This document shows positions 55,176 to 64,000 of a stretch of 64,000 nt of DNA, one piece after another. The position numbers and the translations under genes are program-made. Each line of letters begins with the position of its first letter. Position 1 is the stretch's first letter. The notes under the pieces are model-generated. The model saw only the letters and a list, made by a program, of their open reading frames with translations. It searched no databases and had not been told where the DNA came from. The stretch comes from Octopus vulgaris (lineage: Eukaryota): assembly GCA_951406725.2 (NCBI GenBank), contig OX597814.1:11160001-11224000 (forward strand). The letters are read 5' to 3'.

Positions 55176-56079
55176 AGGCTATTATCGTTTGAAAAAAAGA
55201 CACGAGTAAATAGAAAATAACAATTAAATATCTGTATGAGTAAAGTTAAAATTAATTATGAATGATGTGAAGGCAGATTCCATTTTCTTCGTCCCTTTAA
55301 TTGAAGGAGATCAGTCCTTGAACTGTGCACTATTGTTAGTACAAATTGGAAGAAGGTCGTAGGCTCTCGAGAACACGGTCTTGACTGAATTTGTCAGAAA
55401 ATGAACGCCCTGCAAGAATAAAAAAAAAAAGACCAACAAGATATCGAAACCAGAAAATTTCTTTATTTTGAAGAGAAAGGGCCTGCATCAAAAGCAGGAG
55501 ATTTAAGCAGCTTAAGCATATGATCAGCATTGTATTAGATTGAGCGAAGAAAGATATTGTGGATCATTCTCATAACGATGTCAGGTTATGATTTCTCTTG
55601 AGATTGATCTACGATGTGCTTCTCTTTCTAGCCAATCTTTTTATGTTGTAGCTGGAATGAAACAACTTGATATCGCCAGTTTGTGGTTATACACCAGTGA
55701 CAAAATATTCCCAATGACATAACCAAACATTGAATATTTTTCATAGGACAGTAAAACAGTAATGCATAAATAATCATGAAGATGGTGAGAGTAAATGCCA
55801 AGCAGCGCCTGAGTGTTTTCCACATGATAGGGGGAAAAGAGTAACGCAAGAGTGCAAACAAAGTGAAACTAAGACTGCGATATAGGAATGGTGTTAATAA
55901 CTGCGAGTGCAAGAGTTCCTTGCATATATTATACAAAGGAATCAAAGCCGCAGCCATACAGAATCGTCTGACATAGTCTAACACATAGCATAGTCTAATA
56001 AAAGTTTTATATCGCTAATCTATGAGTACCTTTAAGTGGATACATGAAAGAAAGTGATTAATATATGGGCGAATTAGTC

Positions 56080-56110
<31 letters not shown>

Positions 56111-56386
56111 CGTGCGTGCGTGTGCATTAATTCATTCAGAGAGGCAAGAATTTCTCTTCCACATCGAGAAAACACTCCCTCAGTCACCCTTAAATCTAGA
56201 CCACATACATGTGTTCGTGCATGTGTCAGTGTGAATGAGTTTGTGAATGAGTGTATGCATGTGTGTGTGTGTGTGCGCGCGCGTGTCTGTTTGTGCGTGC
56301 AATTGCTTATACAAATATGTATTCGTTTGCTGGTTTATATTTGCGACTAAGTTACAAAAATTGCGTTAATCTCCAGATTTTACACG

Positions 56387-56553
56387 CAGGAGTGGCTGTG
56401 TGGTAAGTAGCTTGCTAACCAACCACACGGTTCCGGGTTCAGTCCCACTGCGTGGCATCTTGGATAAGTGTCTTCTGCTATAGCCCCGGGCCGACCAATG
56501 CCTTGTGAGTGGATTTGGTAGACGGAAACTGAAAGAAGCCTGTCGTATATATG

Positions 56554-56596
<43 letters not shown>

Positions 56597-56800
56597 GTCT
56601 GTGTTTGTCCCCCTAGCATTGCTTGACAACCGATGCTGGTGTGTTTACGTCCCCGTCACTTAGCGGTTCGGCAAAAAGAGACCGATTGAATAAGTGCTGG
56701 GCTTACAAAAGAATAAGTCCCGGGGTCGATTTGCTCGACTAAAGGCGTTGCTCTAGCATAGCCACAGTCAAATGACTGAAACAAGTAAAAGAGTAAAGAG
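56387..56800 (+). mobile_element. SINE family B, full length
   Basis: Near-identical to 47787-48207. Confidence 0.9.
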
Positions 56801-57610
56801 ATTTAAGTATGTATGTATACGTATGCTTGAATATATTTGTTAAACAGTCTCAACCGTGTTAAACGAAGCTATTTGGAAACAAAGCATGGCATTACTCCCT
56901 CAGCCACACACTTCTTACTACAACAACGCTCCTCTCCTTCCTCTTACACTCCCCCTACCATAATCCCAAATAGGTGCGTAAGACGGAAACGTTGACGGTA
57001 TCTGTTTAAGGTAGCTTTCTTTTGACAAGTGGAACGGAGCTGGAAAAAGCACTACGTCTAACGGTGCTTTGACAGAACAACAATGACTGCCCCAATAAAA
57101 GCATCGTTTACACAGTTTAATGTCCGGTAGAGGGCGTTGAACGACGTAAATACAAGGGCGAGACGAGTAGTTAGGAGGGAAGTGAGAAAGAAAGAGTGGA
57201 GAAAGGAGACAGATGTGGATAGATAGAGCGAGATTGGATGTGGAGAAACAGACAGAGGGAGAGCGAGAAAGGGAGACAATTACAGAGACGAAGAAATAGA
57301 TGAGATATAGTGATACAGAGAGCCGGGAGGGTCAGGGAGAGCGAAGGAGTTACAGACAGGTGAATAGAGAGAGAGAGAGACAGAGATATTTATGCAGACG
57401 TGGATTCGAAGTTGAGGAGATAAAGTGATATGTGTATTCACAGTAAATGAATGAGTGAATGAGTGAGGGAGGGAGTGTGAAAGAAAGAGAGAGAAAGAGA
57501 GAGACAGAGACAGAGCGCGTAAGTATGTGTGAGTATGTATGAAATGCGTGTGGATGCGTTTCTCTGCGCATGAGTGCATCAATGCACGTGATTATGTATG
57601 CGTTTGGTTC

Positions 57611-57892
57611 TCTTTTACTCTCTTTTACTCTTTTACTTATTTCAGTCATTTGACTGCGGCCATGCTGGCGCACCGCCTTTAGTCGAGTAAAATCGACCCC
57701 AGGACTTATTTTTTGTAAGCCTAGTATTTATTCTATCGGTCTCTTTTACCGAACCACTAAGTTACGGGGACGTAAACACACCAGCATCGGTTGTCAAGCG
57801 ATGTTGGCGGGGACAAACATAGACACATAAATACACACACACATATATATACATATTTACATATACATATATACGACGGGCTTCTTTCAGTT
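57611..57892 (-). mobile_element. SINE family B, 3' half
   Basis: Reverse complement of 58049-58318. Confidence 0.9.
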
Positions 57893-57908
57893 GTGTTGTC
57901 TTATGTGT

Positions 57909-58318
57909 AGGAGTGGCTGTGTGGTAAGTAGCTTGTTTACCAACCACATGGTTCCGAGTTCTGTCCCACTGCGTGGTACCTTGGGCAAGTGTCTTCTACT
58001 ATAGCCTCGAGCCGACCAAAGCCTTGTGAGTAGATTTGGTAGACGGAAACTGAAAGAAGCCCGTCGTATATATGTATATGTAAATATGCATATATGTGTG
58101 CGTGTGTATTTGTGTGTCTGTGTTTGTCCCCCCAACATCGCTTCACAACCGATGCTGGTGTATTTATGTCCCCGTAACTTAGTGGTTCGGTAAAAGAGAC
58201 CGATAGAATAAGTACTAGGCTTACAAAAAATAAGTCCTGGGGTCGATTTGCTCGACTAAAGGCGGTGCTCCAGCATGGCCGCAGTCAAATGACTGAAACA
58301 AGTAAAATAGTAAAAGAG
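57909..58318 (+). mobile_element. SINE family B, full length
   Basis: Homology to 47787-48207. Confidence 0.9.
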
Positions 58319-58525
58319 AATATGCATACATATATACATACAATTTTTTTTAGCTAGAGAAAGTTAGAAATAGAATTATGTTTTAAATATGGACGTAACA
58401 AGAATAAATATTTTCCTATGAATCGTAATCCTGTATTGTATACAGGACAACTTTTGTAAAGAGCATTATCTTCACGTATTAAAAAGTGTAGGACTGTGTA
58501 GGAGATGCCTGGTTAGAAATCTTTC

Positions 58526-59310
58526 TTATTTCTTTACTACCCACAAGGGACTACACACAGAGAATACAAACAAGGACCGACAAACGGATTAAGTCGATTA
58601 TATCGACTCCAGTGCGTAACTGGTACTTATTTAATCGACCCAGAAAGGATGAAAGGCAAAGTCGACCTCGCCGGAATTTGAACCCAGAACGTAACGGCAG
58701 ACGAAATACTTATTTCTTTACTACCCACAAGGGGCTAAATACAGAGAGGAAAAACAAGGACAGACAAACGGATTCAGTCGATTATATTGACCTCAGTGCG
58801 TATGTGGTACTTATTTAATCGACCCTGAAAGGATGAAATGCAAAGTCGACCTCGGCGGAATTTGAACCCAGAACGTAACGGCAGACGAAATACTTATTTC
58901 TTTACTACCCACAAGGGGCTAAATACAGAGAGGAAAAACAAGGACAGACAAACGGATTCAGTCGATTATATTGACCTCAGTGCGTATGTGGTACTTATTT
59001 AATCGACCCTGAAAGGATGAAATGCAAAGTCGACCTCGCCGGAATTTGAACCCAGAACGTAACGGCAGACGAAATACTTATTTCTTTACTACTTATAAGG
59101 GGCTAAATACAGAGAGGAAAAACAAGGACAGACAAACGGATTAAGTCGATTATATTGACCTCAGTGCGTATGTGGTACTTGTTTAATCGACCCTGAAAGG
59201 ATGAAAGGCAAAGTCGACCTCGGCGGAATTTGAACTCAGAACGTAACGGCAGACGAAATATGGCTGTGTATTTCGCCGGCGTGCTAACGTTTCTGCCAGC
59301 TCGCCGCCTA
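58526..59310 (-). mobile_element. SINE family C concatemer (4 x 184 bp plus one head)
   Basis: Unit starts at 58526, 58710, 58894 and 59078; flanked on both sides by ttagaaatctttct. Confidence 0.92.
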
Positions 59311-59484
59311 ATTAGAAATCTTTCTGGTTAATTGCCTGGTTAGAAATCTTTCTAGGGTCAGAATTGAGCGACTGTCAAAGGAAAGAGGCGATAACTGGAA
59401 GAAGAAATGGATAGAAACTTTCTTCGGCTGAATACGAATATTTTAAAGCTGATTTCAATCACCTAATACAGACACGCGCACGCA

Positions 59485-59555
<71 letters not shown>

Positions 59556-59729
59556 ACACACACATACTTATAATTGAGGGATTAGCAGTGCGGGCAGAAT
59601 AATTTATAAGCAGTGATTTACTAGACAAGGTATAAATAATAATCATCATTACATATTTTACATTATTTTAGAAAATTTAACACGGTGCTATTTACTACAA
59701 TAAAGTAAAATATGCTATGACCATTATTT

Positions 59730-60145
59730 ATATGTATGTATGTATGTATGTATGTATGCATGTATGTATGTATGTATGTATGTATGTATGTATGTATGTA
59801 TGTATGTATGTATGTATGTATGTATGTATGTATGTGTGTGTGTGTATGTATGTATGTATGTATGTATGTATGTATGTGCGTGTGTATGTATGTATGTGTG
59901 TGTGTATGTATGTATGTATGTATGTATGTATGTGTGTATGTATGTATGTATGTATGTGTGTGTGTATGTATGTATGTATGTATGTGTGTATGTATGTATG
60001 TATGTGTGTGTGTATGTATGTATGTATGTATGTATGTATGTGCGTGTGTATGTGTGTGTATGTATGTATGTATGTATGTATGTATCTATGTATGCAAGTA
60101 TGTATGTATGTATGCATGTATGCATGTATGCATTATGTATGTATG

Positions 60146-60179
<34 letters not shown>

Positions 60180-60245
60180 CGTATGTATGAAGGTATATAT
60201 GTATGTATGCATGTATGTATGTATGTATGTACGTATGTATGAAGG

Positions 60246-60279
<34 letters not shown>

Positions 60280-60290
60280 TGTATGCATGC

Positions 60291-60323
<33 letters not shown>

Positions 60324-60413
60324 TGTATGTATGCATGCATGCATGCATGCATGTATGTATGTATGTATGTATGTATGTATGTATGTATGTATGTATGTAT
60401 GTATGTATGTATG
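59730..60413. repeat. (TATG)n microsatellite
   Basis: Direct inspection. Confidence 0.95.
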
Positions 60414-60896
60414 AGCTGCTCCGCGTCGGATACTGTAATGACATTTCACTACAAGCGCAGTGAGCGCTGGCAGGAAAAATTTTACGTTATGAAAGCTGCA
60501 GGCAATGCTGCGAGACTTGAGTATGGCAAAATACAGTGCTTCCATTTATAGTTTGAAAGTTGTTTGACTTGTAGTTTGATCCACGAAATCTTAGCTGGCT
60601 GACTGGCTGGCTGGCAAAACACTTATGAAGTATACTAGATGTGTGTTTCATGAACCGCTAATAGAATAGAGAATGTTTCATCATGGATGCGAAAGAAAGA
60701 CCAACGCTAAGAGGAAACAAACGAACAAAAACAAAAGAAAGAAAATAATGTAATGAAATAAAATAGTCGCTGTGTGGTTGGTGTGTTTGTAATTACCGTT
60801 CGTTTGTATAAAATATGTGTCCGCATGTATATATGTGCCCGCATGTATATGTATGTACACATACATACATTCATATATATATATACATACATTCAA

Positions 60897-60945
<49 letters not shown>

Positions 60946-61123
60946 CATACATTCAAATATATATATATATATATATATATGTACATATATATATGCAAAT
61001 ATATTTGCATATATGTAAGTGTATATACATACATAGCATTCGGATATAGAAACATGCTCTTGTAATAGAAGCTTACATTGTAAACATGTGTATATAAAGC
61101 AACATTTGGTCATTTTATATATT

Positions 61124-61155
<32 letters not shown>

Positions 61156-61264
61156 TGTATGTATGTATGTATGTATGTATGTGAGTGTTTCGTGTGCGTG
61201 TATGCGTGTGTACATACACAGAGAGAGCAGAGTGACAGACAAATACACAGAAGCACTTACATAC

Positions 61265-61353
<89 letters not shown>

Positions 61354-61473
61354 CACACATACACTTATACATACATGCCACTGAAACAAACACATACGTA
61401 TAGTATACACAAATGGGTGTATTTGTGTACATATTTATGTCTGCATGCTTATATGTGTGTGTATATGTATGAA

Positions 61474-61537
<64 letters not shown>

Positions 61538-62151
61538 CATATATATATTTATATATGTATGTATGTGTGTACGTATGTAGTTATGTCTTTGTGTATTTAT
61601 GCAAGTTTGTATAACAGGATATGACGAGGCAAAGCTGTCAATGTCAATGGAATAAACCGTGTTATAGAAAGACTTAAACGCCTAACATTTTTCTCGGAAC
61701 TTGACAAAGTCCAGACAATATGAAATGACGTGCTGAATTGCTACTATATTTGATTTCGGAATGGCTGCATAGAGTGATACACCTGCTTGCTTTTAATATG
61801 CCTTTTCTTTTCTTTACCGTTTAACCCTTCTTACGTAGTTCTCCTTGCGTGTTGTTGAAATGGGATCTAATTGGAGCTCATACATCACATTCATATTCAC
61901 TCTTATTGCAACGCTGTCGAATGAAAATGCTATATGTTCGCTTATCATTTATCTATATCTCACATTTCTCTTTCTTTCTCTGCACCCTTCTATTTTGCAT
62001 TTAGCCTTCCAATGTTATTAATCTTATGATTACATATTAATATGATACTCTGTCTCTCTGTCTCTCTCTCTCTGTCTCTCTCTCTCTCTCTACACACACA
62101 CACATATATATATATATAACCCAAAAATAAGCAACAAGAATGGATCAGTAG

Positions 62152-62237
62152 TTTAGTACAATTGTTTCATACTATAAACATTTTATTAAAGCTGCAAATG
62201 TTACAGCAAATATAATGTCAAGTACTCTTCAGCTAAA
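62152..62237 (-). ncRNA. type-I hammerhead ribozyme (canonical core)
   Basis: Minus strand reads tttag-CTGAAGA-gtac..gtat-GAAAC-AATT-GTA-ctaaa. Confidence 0.85.
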
Positions 62238-62349
62238 TTTCATATAGGTTTTCCAAACATCTTAGAGAGTGTAAATATCCTTTGTAAAAAAATTCTGGTG
62301 CATCTAAGTTAAGTACCATATTCTTTTGCATCTAAATTGTTTTGCTGAA

Positions 62350-62390
<41 letters not shown>

Positions 62391-62631
62391 CAAATTTGGG
62401 ATTTTACCAAGAGGATCACAGCTTCAATTTCAGGACTACCTTATTTTCTGGAGTACACATAGAAAGTTATAGCCAAAATACTAATCTAATTATAAGCATT
62501 TTAAACCCTTCAATAACGTACAGTAAAACAAAGTACATTAGAATTAATTATAAATTATTTAAACATACTTAAAATATATATATATACCTTACCTGTTATT
62601 AGTCTGTGGGGAAAGAAGATAATATTAATCA

Positions 62632-62712
62632 ATACTACACGTGTTTCTGCCCTGGTGGTTTGTTTTACCTAGTTATACTTAATACATAAGTCTACAAGTG
62701 CGTCCTCAGGCT
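62632..62712 (-). ncRNA. hammerhead motif with weak stem I
   Basis: Minus strand reads gc-CTGAGGA-cgc..gca-GAAAC-ACGT-GTA-gt. Confidence 0.55.
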
Positions 62713-62924
62713 AATTTTCTCTTTTTATTATTATTATTATTATTAAGGGATCGAACTTAATCCTACAAATTCTAAGATATCTTCAATAAAAATAAAAATA
62801 AAATATATGAGGATGATCCGGTTCTTGACTGAAGATTAGCGGCTTCGAATGACCCGTCCGTATTTTTTGTATCGTCTATTTGAATGTTTTCCGTTCTTGT
62901 CCCATTTTGTATTTATATATATAT

Positions 62925-63154
62925 TTTTCTTTACTACCCACAAGGGGCTAAACACAGAGGGGACAAACAAGGACAGACAAAGGGATTAAGCCGTTTATAT
63001 CGACGCCAGTGCGTAACTGGTACTTAATTTATCGACCCCGAAAGGATGAAAGGCAAAGACGACCTCGGCGGAATTTGAACTCACAACGTAACGGCAGACG
63101 AAATACCGCCAAGCATTTCGGCCGACGTGCTAACGTTTCTGCCAGCTAGCCGCC
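62925..63154 (-). mobile_element. SINE family C
   Basis: Reverse homology to 48291-48522. Confidence 0.9.
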
Positions 63155-63160
63155 TTTGTA

Positions 63161-63314
<154 letters not shown>

Positions 63315-63684
63315 TTATGCCTACCTATCGATTTATTTATCTTTCTCTCTATCTCTATCACTCTCTCTTTGTATCTAACTCCGTTTTACCTAATATTTCC
63401 TAATTTTCCTATTCATCTAAATAATTCCGTTTATTTCTATCACATCTTTTTTCCCCCTCTCTCCCTCACTCCTTCTCTCCCTACCCATCTCTCTCCCCCT
63501 TTCTCTCTCTCTCTCTCTCTCCCATCCCGCTTCTTCCTCTCCTCCTCTCTCTCACCGACTCTTTCCTTGAAAATCACAGACTATTTAGTTTTGAATCACT
63601 GTAAATTTCAAATCTCGATGGAGGGAGAATGTACTCCTTGTTCTCCTTTTATGCATTCACCTTAGAGTGAAATTAATTTGATTT

Positions 63685-63845
63685 ACACTGCGGCCATGCT
63701 GGGCCACCGTCTTCAAGAATTTTAGTCGAATAAATCGACTCCAGTACTTCTTTCTTTTAAGCTTGGTACTTTTGCCAAGACATTAAAATATTTGAACGTG
63801 AAAACATCAACGCCGTTTGTCAAGCGGTGAAGGACAAACACAGAT
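63685..63845 (-). mobile_element. SINE family B 3' fragment
   Basis: ctgcggccatgctgg..ttagtcgaataaatcgac. Confidence 0.7.
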
Positions 63846-63888
63846 GCACTCACATACACATACATACATACATACATACATACATACA

Positions 63889-63992
<104 letters not shown>

Positions 63993-64000
63993 TTCCTACA

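Noticed and set aside
55310-55990. Complex sequence, possibly an old LINE
   Set aside because: No motif identified with confidence in any frame.

Overview
AT-rich, microsatellite-dense eukaryotic DNA, most likely an intron or intergenic stretch from a coleoid cephalopod (Octopus-like; inferred from the SINE families and repeat landscape, not from a database search). I found no convincing host protein-coding exon; nearly all listed ORFs are microsatellite translations. The real coding remnants are all from transposable elements: two R4/Dong-type LINEs embedded in (TAA)n tracts, a Penelope-like (PLE) reverse transcriptase, RTE-like LINE ends, three mariner transposases and a pogo/Tigger DDE fragment. 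Non-coding elements include tRNA-derived SINEs, two short Helitrons, a hAT MITE and a piggyBac-like MITE. The most striking signal is about a dozen minimal type-I hammerhead ribozyme (HHR) motifs from several unrelated families, some fully intact. Several lie in ORF-less fold-back elements, usually next to (TA)n tracts, and one family carries a recurrent non-canonical CUGUnGA core. Coordinates were counted by eye and element ends are approximate.
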